NCBI GenBank assembly: GCA_037446435.1
Contig: JBBIIO010000006.1
Coordinates: forward strand, 1,633 to 65,632
Direction: 5' to 3'
DNA from: Armatimonadota bacterium
GTDB taxonomy: Bacteria > Armatimonadota > Fimbriimonadia > Fimbriimonadales > ATM1
DNA length: 64,000 nt
Positions 1 to 9,776 of this stretch are shown in pieces; the stretch's first letter is position 1, and each line of letters begins with the position of its first letter. The notes beneath the pieces were generated by a model. It had not been told where the DNA came from and ran no database searches. It saw nothing but the letters and a program-made list of their open reading frames with translations. The position numbers and the translations under genes were made by a program.

Positions 1-1166
1 ACATTGGAGGAGGTTGGCGCCTGAGGCCCCTCGCTGCGATCGCCCTCGCTTGCGCGGCGGGCGGTCTGGGCGCCGAGCCGCTCATCACCGCGAGCGCAGC
101 GGTCGTGCTTGATGCCGAGTCGGGCAGGGTGCTGTTCGCCCGCTCGGCGGACGCGCGCAGGTTCCCCGCCTCGACCACTAAGATTCTCACCGCGTTGCTG
201 CTGGCGGAGCATTGCGAGCCGCTGACTGAAATCCGCGCGCCGCTGGACGTGCAGCAGGTCGGAGGGTCTTCGCTGTACCTCGAGCCTGCGGAGCGCGTCC
301 GCGCCGAAGATCTTCTTCATGCGCTCCTCCTGCGCAGCGCGAACGATGCAGCGTACGCCGTGGCTGTTCACATCGCCGGCAGCCAAGAGGCGTTTGCTGA
401 CCTGATGAACGAGCGGGCAAAGCAGATTGGGTGTAGCGGCTCCAACTTCACCAATCCACATGGCCTGCACGACCCGCTGCACTACACGACGGCTCGAGAC
501 CTCGCGCTGATCACTCGCGAGGCGCTGCGCAACGAGCGCTTCCGCGAGGCAGCGAAGACGACCCGCACGAGCATCTGGCGATCAACAAACCTTGAAGACA
601 CGCTGCTCATCAATAAGAACCGCCTGCTCTCTGTTGACCCCGATGCCGTCGGTGTGAAGACGGGATACACGAACCCGGCGGGACACTGCTTCGTCGGCGC
701 GCGGTCTCGCGACGGATGGACGGCGATCGTGGTTGTGCTGAATAGCGCAGACTGGCTCGCCGACACGCGCTCGCTGCTCGACTGGGCGTTCGCGGAGCAT
801 CAGCTCACGACGATTGTCTCCGAGCGTGAAGCCATCGCGTCCGCGATCGTCGCTGGTGGAGAGCGCGAAGCCGTCTCGGCGGTGGCTGCGCACGACGTTC
901 GCACGGCGCTCGCGATGGGCGATGGTGTGATTGACACGCAGGTCGACCTCGCCAACCTCTCGGCGCCGGTCCGCGCGGGTCAACAGGTCGGGGAGTTACG
1001 CATAACGCTCTCCGGAGGCGACAAGTTGAGCGTCCCCCTGGTCGCCGCTGAGGCTGTCCGTGCCGCCGAACCGCGTCAGGTACCGTTCCAGTGGCTGTGG
1101 GCGACGCTTGGGATGACCCTCGTCGGCGCAGGCGTCGTTCTTCTGGCGCGAGCGCGAAATGGGTGA
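1..1166 (+). CDS. D-alanyl-D-alanine carboxypeptidase (peptidase S11, PBP5/6-like); true start upstream of 105 or off-window
   Basis: The frame of ORF 105..1166 stays open back to base 3. The upstream residues (RLRPLAAIALACAAGGLG) look like a signal peptide. SxxK (ASTTK), SxN (SAND) and KTG (VKTGYT) motifs are present, with a C-terminal hydrophobic anchor. Confidence 0.85.
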   Translation, partial: IGGGWRLRPLAAIALACAAGGLGAEPLITASAAVVLDAESGRVLFARSADARRFPASTTKILTALLLAEHCEPLTEIRAPLDVQQVGGSSLYLEPAERVRAEDLLHALLLRSANDAAYAVAVHIAGSQEAFADLMNERAKQIGCSGSNFTNPHGLHDPLHYTTARDLALITREALRNERFREAAKTTRTSIWRSTNLEDTLLINKNRLLSVDPDAVGVKTGYTNPAGHCFVGARSRDGWTAIVVVLNSADWLADTRSLLDWAFAEHQLTTIVSEREAIASAIVAGGEREAVSAVAAHDVRTALAMGDGVIDTQVDLANLSAPVRAGQQVGELRITLSGGDKLSVPLVAAEAVRAAEPRQVPFQWLWATLGMTLVGAGVVLLARARNG

Positions 1167-1908
1167 GCGGCTACACAAGTTCATGGCTGCGGCGGGCGTC
1201 GCCAGCCGCCGCAAGTGCGAGGAGATGATCGTTCAGGGCCGTGTAACCGTTGACGGGAAGGCGGTTCGCAAGTTAGGCGTTGTGATAGACCCGGAGGTCA
1301 ACGTCGTTCGAGTTGACGGCCGCCGCGTCGCCGCGCAAAGAAGCGTTGCGGTCGTGCTTTACAAGCCGAAGGGCGTTCTCGCGACGATGCGGGACGAGCG
1401 CGGTCGGCCGTGCGTTGCTGCCCTGCTTCCCGAGATGGATGTGGTGCTGAAACCCGCGGGCAGGCTCGACAAATCCGCCGAAGGTCTGATGCTCTTCTCA
1501 ACAGACGGCGAACTGATCCAACGCCTCACACATCCGCGGTTCGAAGTACCGCGAACGTACGTATGCGTGGTTCGCGGAGCGGCGCAAGACTCGGCGATCG
1601 AGCGCCTGCGGAAGGGCATTTACGTTCCGCCAGAGGGAGTAGAACCGGGCTTCCGAGCCAAGCCGGCCGAGGTGGAGGTCATCAGCCGCGACGCAGAGCG
1701 CAACCGCTCGACCGTACGCGTCACCGTGCGCGAGGGGCGAAAGCACCAGGTCAAGCGCATGCTGAAGGCGGTCGGCGCACCGGTGCTCGACCTGAAGCGC
1801 CTGTCTATCGGGCCGATTCGGCTTGGCAGCCTCAAACCGGGGCAGTCGCGCGTCCTATCGAAGGAGGACGTCCGCCGCTTGGCTAAGATGGTGGGGCTGA
1901 AGCGATAA
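1159..1908 (+). CDS. rluB: RluB/RsuA-family rRNA pseudouridine synthase
   Basis: N-terminal S4 RNA-binding domain (LHKFMAAAGVASRRKCEEMI) plus a pseudouridine synthase core (GRLDKSAEGLMLFSTDG). Overlaps the upstream stop by 8 nt. Confidence 0.85.
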   Translation: MGERLHKFMAAAGVASRRKCEEMIVQGRVTVDGKAVRKLGVVIDPEVNVVRVDGRRVAAQRSVAVVLYKPKGVLATMRDERGRPCVAALLPEMDVVLKPAGRLDKSAEGLMLFSTDGELIQRLTHPRFEVPRTYVCVVRGAAQDSAIERLRKGIYVPPEGVEPGFRAKPAEVEVISRDAERNRSTVRVTVREGRKHQVKRMLKAVGAPVLDLKRLSIGPIRLGSLKPGQSRVLSKEDVRRLAKMVGLKR

Positions 1909-1918
1909 AAGAACGGTT

Positions 1919-3640
1919 ATGATGCAACGAGTGGCAACCGAGCGATGGGTGGTGCGCGAGCCGCATCCGGCGGAAGAGACCCTGCAGAGCGAGCTGGGCA
2001 TCCAGAGGCTGCTTGCTGCTGCACTCGTTGACCGGGGCATCACCGACCCCAAGGGCGCAAGCGAGTTCCTCAACCCTAGCCTCGACTCGATGCACGACCC
2101 GCGGCTGCTTCCAAACTGTGAAGAGGCGGTGCGTATCCTCATGGGCGCCCGCGAGAAGAACCAGCGGGTGTTCGTGCACGGCGACTACGACGTAGACGGA
2201 GTGACGAGCACAGCCATCTGGGCGCGCACCCTGCGAAGGCTGGGATTCGACGTTCTGCCCCACGTTCCGCACCGCATCAAGCACGGGTTCGGCGTGCACG
2301 AGGACGCGGTCTTCGAAGCGATGCAGCAAGGAGCAAAGGTGCTGCTGACGTGCGACTGCGGTTCCTCGGCGATAGAGGCGGTAAAGCGCGCGAAGCAGTT
2401 CGGTATGCGCGTGGTGATCACCGACCACCACGAGTTCGGCAGTGAAATACCGGCTGCGGATGCCATAGTCAATCCTCACCTACCCGAGAACAAGTACCCA
2501 TTTCCTCACCTCAGCGGGGCGGGCGTTGCGTTCAAGGTCGCCCAGCGAGTCTCTGAAGAGTGCGGAGCGACTGCGCAGCAGTTCCAGCGCGCCTTTCTCG
2601 ATCTCGCATGCGTGGGCACCATCGCGGATGTTGTCCCCTTGCACGGAGAGAACCGCGTCATCGCCCACTTCGGCTTGAAGGTGCTCAGCCGCACGAGGAA
2701 GGTCGGTCTCGAAGCGCTGATGCGCGCCGCGCAGATCGAGCCGGGCGCGAAGGTGACGTCCTACGATGTTGGATGGCGTCTCGGCCCGCGCCTCAACGCC
2801 GCCGGTCGCGTGGACGACGCCGCCATCGCGCTACAGCTGATGCTCACCGAGGATCCGGAGGAAGCGCGGACGCTGGCGCAACGCCTCGACGAACTGAACG
2901 AAGAGCGACGCTCCGAGGAGATGCGCATCCTGGAGCAAGCTGAGGAGGCGATTCAGGAACTCAACCTCGCCGACGAGCCGCTCATCATGGTGTTCGCCGA
3001 GGAGTGGCACCGCGGAGTGGTCGGCATCGTGGCAAGCAGAATCTGTGAGAAGTACAACCGCCCAGCTCTACTCGCCGCCGTGGACCCGGAGACCGGTCTC
3101 GCGCACGGCTCGGCGCGCTCACCCGAGAGCTTCAACCTGCACTACGCGCTGATGCTGCACCGCGAACTGTTTCGCTCTTGCGGCGGTCATGCCCGGGCTG
3201 CGGGCTTCAGCGTAACAAGCGACGCACTCGAGGAGGTGCGGTCCGCCCTCGTGCGGCACGCTGGGGAGGTTCTGCGACCGGAAGACCTCATCCCAACGCG
3301 CCGCGCCATCGCAGCGGTAACACCCGCTGAAGTTGTGCATCGCTCCTTCATCGAGTTGGAGCGCTTGGAGCCGCTCGGCGAGGCGAACCCCAAGCCGCTG
3401 TTCTTCATGCCCCGAGTTCGCTTGTTGGAGGTGCAACCCACGTCGAACCCCGAGCACGTGCGCTTCCGCCTCGAGGCGCCGAAGCCGGTCTATGGCATCG
3501 GCTTCCGCTCGGCGCAACTGTTCGAAGGTGTGCGACCGGGCGGCACAGTTGACCTCCTGTTCCGCGCCGCGATCAATCGTTACAACGGCAACGAGTATCC
3601 GCAACTCATCCTCGAGGGACTGCGTCCGGCGGCGGAGTAG
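1919..3640 (+). CDS. recJ: single-stranded-DNA-specific exonuclease RecJ
   Basis: 573 aa with DHH-family motifs (VHGDYDVDG, ITDHHEF) and a DHHA1 motif (GGHARAAG). Confidence 0.9.
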   Translation: MMQRVATERWVVREPHPAEETLQSELGIQRLLAAALVDRGITDPKGASEFLNPSLDSMHDPRLLPNCEEAVRILMGAREKNQRVFVHGDYDVDGVTSTAIWARTLRRLGFDVLPHVPHRIKHGFGVHEDAVFEAMQQGAKVLLTCDCGSSAIEAVKRAKQFGMRVVITDHHEFGSEIPAADAIVNPHLPENKYPFPHLSGAGVAFKVAQRVSEECGATAQQFQRAFLDLACVGTIADVVPLHGENRVIAHFGLKVLSRTRKVGLEALMRAAQIEPGAKVTSYDVGWRLGPRLNAAGRVDDAAIALQLMLTEDPEEARTLAQRLDELNEERRSEEMRILEQAEEAIQELNLADEPLIMVFAEEWHRGVVGIVASRICEKYNRPALLAAVDPETGLAHGSARSPESFNLHYALMLHRELFRSCGGHARAAGFSVTSDALEEVRSALVRHAGEVLRPEDLIPTRRAIAAVTPAEVVHRSFIELERLEPLGEANPKPLFFMPRVRLLEVQPTSNPEHVRFRLEAPKPVYGIGFRSAQLFEGVRPGGTVDLLFRAAINRYNGNEYPQLILEGLRPAAE

Positions 3641-3827
3641 GTTCCAGGCTTCACCCAGCCGGGCTCCGCGCGGGCGCTTGACGGCTTTCCGCCCAGCAAG
3701 GACCACCGACCTTGGTTGCCAGCATTCCCGCCCCTTGCGTCCGGGTCCAGGGGTGAGTTTGGGCGGTCTTGCTTGGGGTAAACTTCCCGTTTTCGGGCGC
3801 GCTGCGGTGCGGCCGACAGGAGAACGA

Positions 3828-4475
3828 ATGACACGATTGAACATCCCCCTTTCCCTCCTCGCCGTCGCGCTGCTGGTTGCAGGCTGCGGCTCCTCGACCC
3901 CCGCTGCCGACGGCGAAGGCGCCAAGAAGCCCGACGCCGGCACCGGCGCTGAAACCGGCGGCGAAGCCACCGAGACCATCGGCACGCTCACCGGCCCCGG
4001 CGGCTCCGTCTCGCTTGGCGACGCGCCAGAGAAGTTCGAAGCCGCCTTCCCGCGGCCCGAAGGCGCGACCGACCCGCAGAACCCGCCCGTCGAGGGCGTG
4101 GCGTTCCTCGGTTGGCAAACGGATGCGGAGGTGGCAAGCGCCGCTGTGCGGGGCGACAAGATCGTCGCGCTGTTCCACGCCAAGATGGCCTCCGAGATGG
4201 GCTGGTTTGACACCGCTCGCTCCGACTTCGGAAAGCCCGAGCACGACGTGGCGAACGACCTCGGCGCATTCGCCAGCTGGAAGCAAGGTGAGAACGAGCA
4301 CATCGTGATGCTCGTCAAAGGCCCGACGGCTGTGACCATCAAGGCGACGGGCGACTCAGTGACCCTGAAGGCCCTTCAACTTGACTCCGCCACAGTCGCA
4401 AGCTATCTGAAGACGCAAGGCGAGGCAGCGGCAGCCGGAGAAGGCCACAGCCCTGACGACGGGCAAGGGCACTAA
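3828..4475 (+). CDS. hypothetical lipoprotein
   Basis: ATG at 3828 is preceded by an AGGAGA SD. Signal peptide plus lipobox LLVAG-C, followed by a Gly/Ala/Thr/Glu-rich linker. Family not recognised. Confidence 0.6.
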   Translation: MTRLNIPLSLLAVALLVAGCGSSTPAADGEGAKKPDAGTGAETGGEATETIGTLTGPGGSVSLGDAPEKFEAAFPRPEGATDPQNPPVEGVAFLGWQTDAEVASAAVRGDKIVALFHAKMASEMGWFDTARSDFGKPEHDVANDLGAFASWKQGENEHIVMLVKGPTAVTIKATGDSVTLKALQLDSATVASYLKTQGEAAAAGEGHSPDDGQGH

Positions 4476-4490
4476 CCCGCCGATGTTCAC

Positions 4491-4520
4491 GGCGTCCCGC
4501 GCCGTCGCGCGCGGGACGCC
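4491..4520 (+). terminator. GC-rich hairpin after the lipoprotein gene (12-bp perfect stem, no U-tract)
   Basis: ggcgtcccgcgc / cgtcgc loop / gcgcgggacgcc, read directly from the sequence. Confidence 0.4.
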
Positions 4521-4546
4521 GACACCGCCGACCGCCGAAGTATAAT
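4519..4546 (+). promoter_or_regulatory. putative promoter of ispG (leaderless)
   Basis: Perfect TATAAT at 4541-4546, 8 nt upstream of ATG 4555. -35-like CCGACA at 4519-4524 with a 16-nt spacer. No SD. Confidence 0.5.
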
Positions 4547-4554
4547 AACGGCGG

Positions 4555-5736
4555 ATGGAAGCGTTCCTTCTCCGTCGAAAAACGCGCCCGGTGCGCGTGG
4601 GCAATGTCGTCATTGGCGGCGGCGCACCGATTTCGGTGCAAAGCATGACCACCGAGGAGACGCACAACATCCCTGCAGTAGTTGAGCAGATCCACGCGCT
4701 TCACCGCGCGGGCGCGGAGATCATCCGCGTAACGACGCCGAACCTTCGCGAGGCTCAATGCCTTGAGGAGATACGCGCCAAGACTCCCGGCATTCCCCTT
4801 GTCGCCGACGTGCACCACCAGGGAACGAACATCGCGGTCGAGGCGGCGAAACACGTTGACAAGGTCCGCATCAACCCCGGGCTGTTCGTTTTCCGAAAGC
4901 GCGACGCCTCGAGGGTTGAATACACCGAGGCGGAGATTCGCGAAGAGTTGGAAGCGATCGAAGAGTCGCTCATTCCAGTCATCGAGGCGTGCAAACAACA
5001 TGGAACGGCGATGCGCATCGGCGTGAACCACGGCTCGCTGTCGAATCGCATGCTCGTTACCTTCGGCGACACACCCGAGGGCATGGTGGAGAGTGCGCTC
5101 GAATACATCCGCATCTGCGAGAAGCTCGACTTCGATCGCATTGTCGTGTCGCTTAAGGCTTCACGGGTGCCGATCATGCTCGCCGCCAACCGGCTGTTCG
5201 CGCAGCAGAGCGACTATCCGCTGCACCTGGGCGTAACCGAGGCGGGGGACGGCCAATACGCCCGCGTGAAAAGCGCCGCGGGCATCGCGACGCTGCTGAA
5301 CGAAGGGATCGGCGACACGATTCGCGTGTCGCTCGCTGAGGACCCACTCAATGAGATTCCGGTCTGCTACGACATTCTTCAGGCGACCGGCGTGCGCCGG
5401 ACGCAGACCGAGTTCATCGCCTGCCCGTCATGCGGCAGAACGAAGTTCGACCTACCGACCGTATTCCAGAAAGTCAAAGCTGCCACCGGCCACCTCACCG
5501 GGCTCGATATCGCCGTGATGGGATGCATCGTCAACGGGCCGGGCGAGATGGCGGACGCCGACTACGGCTACGTCGGCCAAGCGGGTGGCAAGATCGCACT
5601 CTATCGCGGACGCGAGTGCGTGAAAAGCAACATCCCGCAAGAGCGAGGTGTCGAAGAACTCATCGCGCTACTCAAGGCAGACGGTGTTTGGCAGGAGCCG
5701 AGCGCGAGTGCCGAGCGTGCTGAGACCAGGGTTTGA
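4555..5736 (+). CDS. ispG: 4-hydroxy-3-methylbut-2-en-1-yl diphosphate synthase (GcpE)
   Basis: 393 aa. N-terminus [20 protein letters not shown]. Fe-S cysteines CPSCGRT and GCIVNGPGE. Confidence 0.92.
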   Translation: MEAFLLRRKTRPVRVGNVVIGGGAPISVQSMTTEETHNIPAVVEQIHALHRAGAEIIRVTTPNLREAQCLEEIRAKTPGIPLVADVHHQGTNIAVEAAKHVDKVRINPGLFVFRKRDASRVEYTEAEIREELEAIEESLIPVIEACKQHGTAMRIGVNHGSLSNRMLVTFGDTPEGMVESALEYIRICEKLDFDRIVVSLKASRVPIMLAANRLFAQQSDYPLHLGVTEAGDGQYARVKSAAGIATLLNEGIGDTIRVSLAEDPLNEIPVCYDILQATGVRRTQTEFIACPSCGRTKFDLPTVFQKVKAATGHLTGLDIAVMGCIVNGPGEMADADYGYVGQAGGKIALYRGRECVKSNIPQERGVEELIALLKADGVWQEPSASAERAETRV

Positions 5737-5814
5737 CGCTGCGGCCGTTCCGTCAGCGATTCTGCTCGCAGGAAAGAGTGACGCCTGCAGTCAGCCAACT
5801 CCCGGCGCGCAAAC

Positions 5815-6348
5815 CTAAGCGCCGATGAACTCGGCAAACGCTGCAAGGAACTTCTTCATCCTCTCCACGTCCGCCGCATCAAGAAGATTGCCTTCGTCGT
5901 CAATCTTCTCTCGATACTGGGGCAGGAAGTACTCGGCGCGCAACTGCTTCGCCTCCAAATAGAACAGCACCTGGCGGAGGTGGTATTGCGCGCGAGCGCC
6001 GCCGAGGAGTCCTGGCGCGGCGCTCATCAGCGCCACCGGCTTGCCGCAAATGGGCTGCTCGGATACAGGCCGTGAGATCCAGTCAATGGCATTCTTCAAC
6101 ACGCCGGAGTAGGAGTAGTTGTGCTCGGGCACCGCGATGAGCAGGCCGTCCGACTCGCGAATCCGATTCTTCAGTTCCGTAACTGCCGGCGGAGGGTCGT
6201 CCTCAATGTCCATGTTGTAGAGCGGAATCGGAGCAAGGTCGAAGTGCTCGATCTGCATTCCCTCGGGGGCGTGAGCCTGGGCTGCGTGCACCAACCGCTT
6301 GTGAACTGAACCCTGCCTCAAAGATCCGGCGATTGCAACCACTCGCAT
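5815..6348 (-). CDS. NAD(P)H-dependent FMN reductase family oxidoreductase
   Basis: 177 aa with a flavodoxin-like N-terminus MRVVAIAGSLRQGSVHK, typical of the FMN_red family. Confidence 0.8.
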   Translation of the reverse strand: MRVVAIAGSLRQGSVHKRLVHAAQAHAPEGMQIEHFDLAPIPLYNMDIEDDPPPAVTELKNRIRESDGLLIAVPEHNYSYSGVLKNAIDWISRPVSEQPICGKPVALMSAAPGLLGGARAQYHLRQVLFYLEAKQLRAEYFLPQYREKIDDEGNLLDAADVERMKKFLAAFAEFIGA

Positions 6349-6385
6349 ATCTATATAGCCTACCCAGACGGGCCGGAGACAGTTC

Positions 6386-7519
6386 TCAGATGACGACCGA
6401 CTCCACGGTTAGATCCCCTTCGGCGAAGCGGCTGGGGCGCAACGGACGAAGATCGAACGTTTCGCACTCACCGCGAAGAACCAACTCGGCCACCGCTTGA
6501 CCCGCCGCCGCTGAGTGCATGACTCCGTGCCCACCGAAACCTGTCGCAACAATCCAATGGCCCAGCTTGCCGACGATTGCGTGCTTGTCGGGCGTCTCCG
6601 CATACCAACCTGCCCAACTCCGCCGCGTGTCGAATCCGACCTCGGCGAGCAGCGGCAGGCGATGAAGAGCGATGTCCGCCAACTCCTCAAGGAACCTCGC
6701 GTCGAACGGCGGAGGCTGATCGAAGGTCACTGCGGGTTGCGGCAGGTGGTCGGTGTACCCCACCAGCAAACCGCGCCCCTCGGGGCGGAAGTGAAACGTT
6801 GTGTCCATGTCAACGACCATCGGCAGGCGGGCCGGCAAGCCTTCCACCTTGGCCGTTAGCGCGAGTTGGTGGCGCTCTGGGTGGACGGGCACTTCGACAC
6901 CGAGGCGCAGCGCCAACTCGCCCGACCAATGCCCGGTCGCCAGCACGGCGGCGCGGCAGGCGACATCGCCTGCGGTGGTCGAGACAGTCTCGCCGTCGAA
7001 CGCGAGCACCTCCGCGTTCGGCAGGAAGCGCGCACCTGCTGCCCTCGCTTCCCGCTCGTAGATCGAGCAGACCAGATGTGGGTCGAGGTAGCCGTCCGTC
7101 GCCGAAAAGGTCGCGCCGACAATGTCGGCGGTGTTGAGCATCGGCGCGAGGTCGCGCACCTCCGCGGGAGTCAGCCTCCGCACCGGCACGCCAAGCGACT
7201 GCTGCATCGGCGTCAGCGTATCCATCGCGCACAGCCCCGCTTCCGTGGCGGTAACGAAGAGGTAGCCATGCTGTCTGAAGGCGACCACCTCCGCGAAGCG
7301 CTCAAACTCGCGAATCGAGAAGAGCGAGAAGGCGATGTTGATCGGCGTGCCGAACTGCGCGCGCACTCCGCCGGCGGCGCGGCCCGTCGCCCCTGAGCCG
7401 CTCACCGTCGCCTTATCGGCGACGACAACTGACAAGCCCGGAGAGACGCGCAGCAAGTGCGCAGCCACGCTCCAGCCTATTACGCCTGCGCCTGCGACGA
7501 GTACGTCCGCCTTCTCCAT
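6386..7519 (-). CDS. FAD-dependent oxidoreductase (DAO family, sarcosine/glycine oxidase-like)
   Basis: 377 aa. N-terminal dinucleotide-binding motif VLVAGAGVIGWS and C-terminal GFGGHGVMHS. Confidence 0.8.
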   Translation of the reverse strand: MEKADVLVAGAGVIGWSVAAHLLRVSPGLSVVVADKATVSGSGATGRAAGGVRAQFGTPINIAFSLFSIREFERFAEVVAFRQHGYLFVTATEAGLCAMDTLTPMQQSLGVPVRRLTPAEVRDLAPMLNTADIVGATFSATDGYLDPHLVCSIYEREARAAGARFLPNAEVLAFDGETVSTTAGDVACRAAVLATGHWSGELALRLGVEVPVHPERHQLALTAKVEGLPARLPMVVDMDTTFHFRPEGRGLLVGYTDHLPQPAVTFDQPPPFDARFLEELADIALHRLPLLAEVGFDTRRSWAGWYAETPDKHAIVGKLGHWIVATGFGGHGVMHSAAAGQAVAELVLRGECETFDLRPLRPSRFAEGDLTVESVVI

Positions 7520-7527
7520 CGGCGGCG

Positions 7528-7533
7528 ATTATG
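7528..7533 (-). promoter_or_regulatory. -10 box CATAAT, 8 nt upstream of ATG 7519 (leaderless FAD-oxidoreductase gene)
   Basis: Plus strand reads attatg at 7528-7533. Only 31 nt separate this gene from the divergent VOC gene. Confidence 0.4.
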
Positions 7534-7538
7534 ATGGG

Positions 7539-7544
7539 TATCCT
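7539..7544 (+). promoter_or_regulatory. -10-like box TATCCT, 6 nt upstream of ATG 7551 (VOC gene)
   Basis: Read directly from the sequence. An alternative TATGAT at 7530-7535 would give a 15-nt leader. No SD. Confidence 0.35.
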
Positions 7545-7550
7545 TCCTCC

Positions 7551-7895
7551 ATGGCGATGCGCTGGTCGGTGGCATGGTGCCCGGTGTCGGACATGGAGCG
7601 AGCGTTGGCGTTCTATCGCGACGTGCTGGGCATCGAGGTCGTCAGCGAGAACCAGTTCTGGTCGGAACTCCGCGCCGGCGACGTGCGCCTGGCGCTCCAC
7701 GACGGCGGCGAGGACGCCCAGCGTGGCGGGTGGACGATTTGCCTGGAGACAGACGACTTGGACCTCCTCCGAACGAGGCTCATGGAGGCGGGGGTGGAGT
7801 GCGATTCGGAGTACCACGAGACGCCATCCGGGGCGACCCTCGCCTTCCGAGACCCGGACGGGAACCGCCTCCAGGGGCTCCAACCCCGCAAGTAG
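7551..7895 (+). CDS. VOC/glyoxalase-family protein
   Basis: 114 aa. The VSDMERALAFYRDVLG start and FRDPDGNRL end are typical of the glyoxalase/bleomycin-resistance fold. Confidence 0.75.
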   Translation: MAMRWSVAWCPVSDMERALAFYRDVLGIEVVSENQFWSELRAGDVRLALHDGGEDAQRGGWTICLETDDLDLLRTRLMEAGVECDSEYHETPSGATLAFRDPDGNRLQGLQPRK

Positions 7896-7935
7896 GCGAA
7901 CGAAACGCCGCGGAACAGGGTATCTATTGGATAGG

Positions 7936-8604
7936 ATGAATAGTCGCGGCATCAGCCTGGTCGAGGTTCTGGTGGTTATCGTCATCGTTGCGATTCTCGC
8001 CGCGATCATCTATCCGATTTATGGGAAGGCGAAGCGGGCGTCTCAGAAGAGCGCGTGCATCAACAACCTTAGACAGATCAGCGGCGCTTTTCAAATGTAC
8101 ATGCTCGACTACGACGACCGCTGGCCGCTCGGAGTGGACCCTGCGGACAAGTTCACGCCTCAGATTTGGGACGGCTTCCCCGAGTTTCGCGCGCGCCTCG
8201 TAACGCTGCCGCTCATGCACGAGTTGATGACGCCATATCTTCCCTCCCTCGCCGTCTGGAAGTGTCCATCCGACAAGGGGCAGGACGTGGACGACACCTC
8301 GTTCGAACTGTTGCCGGCAAGCCCGTCCAGTTATGAGACGTACGGCTCAAGCTACTACTACAGGACGGAGTTGACCCTGCGCAGCCTGATGGGAACGTCG
8401 CTCAGAGACCCGGCGTCAGTCAACGTGTACTTCGATGGTTCAGGCGCGTGGCACACGGGGGTGGACATCCTGCGCCGACGCGACGGGCTGCGCGAGATTC
8501 GCGAGAAGCTCCGCCAATACAGGTACAACGTGCTCTTCGCAGATATGCACGTCAAGAACATCAGTCGCGCACAGTACGACGAAGCCTGGGATCAGGAACT
8601 GTGA
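7936..8604 (+). CDS. prepilin-type N-terminal cleavage/methylation domain protein (H-X9-DG-like pseudopilin family)
   Basis: N-terminus RG-ISLVEVLVVIVIVAILAAII, with G at -1 and E at +5. C-terminal NVLFADMHVKN resembles the H-X9-DG family motif. Confidence 0.75.
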   Translation: MNSRGISLVEVLVVIVIVAILAAIIYPIYGKAKRASQKSACINNLRQISGAFQMYMLDYDDRWPLGVDPADKFTPQIWDGFPEFRARLVTLPLMHELMTPYLPSLAVWKCPSDKGQDVDDTSFELLPASPSSYETYGSSYYYRTELTLRSLMGTSLRDPASVNVYFDGSGAWHTGVDILRRRDGLREIREKLRQYRYNVLFADMHVKNISRAQYDEAWDQEL

Positions 8605-9776
8605 TCCTCCGCCCGGACGCGGTGGTGATGCCGGACTGCACGATCCGTCCGGGTTTCGAGGTGTGCATCGAGGGTGGGACGATCGCCGAAGTGCGTCCGT
8701 GGTCGCGCGCCGAGCGCGACGAGGTAGGGCTTCTTCTCTCGCCCGCGTTCGTGAACGCTCATTCGCACTTGGAGTACTTCGACCTCAAGGGCAAGCTCGA
8801 GAGCGGGGAGTACTGGCCTTGGATACGCGAAATCACGAAGGTCAAGCCCACGCGAACGATGGAGGAGGTGGCTGCTGGCGCCCTGGAGGCGGCGAGGCAG
8901 AACGCTGCAACCGGCGTCGCGGTCCTCGGCGAGATCAGCGATTGGCCTGTCAGCGGCGCGGCGATGGCGACCGCCGGCCTGGGGGGGCGCATCTTTCAGG
9001 AGGTCATTACGCTTGCCTTCTCTCACGCCACTATCGCGCAGCGGCTTGAGGCGTGCCGACTGAACGCCAAGGTCAACGCTGATGCGAGCGGTCTGCCGGT
9101 CACGCTCTCTCCTCACGCGCCCTACACCGTGGACCCGGAGACGCTCCGCCTGCTCGGCGCTTCCGGCGAGTTCATCTCGATTCACGCCGCCGAACATCCT
9201 GTCGAGCGCGAGTTCATCGAGCGCGGCGAGGGGCCGATCGCGGAGTTGTATCAGGAGTTGGGGCTTTCCTTCGAGCCGACCGGGACCTCGCCGATCGAGT
9301 ACCTCGATACGCTTGGGTGTCTACACGGGAACGTGCAGTTGGTTCATGTGTGCGACGTCAGCATGGAAGAGGTGGAGCGGATCGCGGCGTCCGGCGCGAG
9401 CGTCGCGCACTGCCCGCGCTCGAACGTCGAACTCGGATGCCCGGTCTCGCCCGTCGCGGAGATGCGCAGGCGCGGCGTGAAGGTTGGAATCGGACTGGAC
9501 AGCGCTGCCAGCAGCGGCGCGGTGAACTACTTTGCCGAGATGCGCGAGGCGCTCGGCGCGGCAGCAGGCGCTCTCTCCGCTGAACACGCCTGGCTGATGG
9601 CCACGACCGAGGGAGCGGACTCCCTGCGCCTCGGAAGGCGATGGGAGATCGCGCCGGGCGGCAATCCCGACCTGGTGCTGCTTGAGCCGGTCGGAGACAC
9701 GCTCGGCGCGCTCATCGGGATGGGCGGCCCGCCGTCGGTGGTTCGCTTGCTGCGGCTATGCGCTACACTGCCGTAG
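8601..9776 (+). CDS. amidohydrolase-superfamily deaminase (MtaD / aminofutalosine-deaminase-like)
   Basis: GTG 8601 overlaps the upstream stop (GTGA). Metal-binding FVNAHSHLE, plus later HAAEH and HCPRSN motifs. Confidence 0.7.
   Translation: MILRPDAVVMPDCTIRPGFEVCIEGGTIAEVRPWSRAERDEVGLLLSPAFVNAHSHLEYFDLKGKLESGEYWPWIREITKVKPTRTMEEVAAGALEAARQNAATGVAVLGEISDWPVSGAAMATAGLGGRIFQEVITLAFSHATIAQRLEACRLNAKVNADASGLPVTLSPHAPYTVDPETLRLLGASGEFISIHAAEHPVEREFIERGEGPIAELYQELGLSFEPTGTSPIEYLDTLGCLHGNVQLVHVCDVSMEEVERIAASGASVAHCPRSNVELGCPVSPVAEMRRRGVKVGIGLDSAASSGAVNYFAEMREALGAAAGALSAEHAWLMATTEGADSLRLGRRWEIAPGGNPDLVLLEPVGDTLGALIGMGGPPSVVRLLRLCATLP

Noticed and set aside
3119-4342. 407-aa minus-strand ORF spanning the recJ 3' end and the lipoprotein gene
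   Set aside because: It overlaps two better-supported plus-strand genes. The product is Pro/Ser/Ala/Arg-rich and no signals are present.
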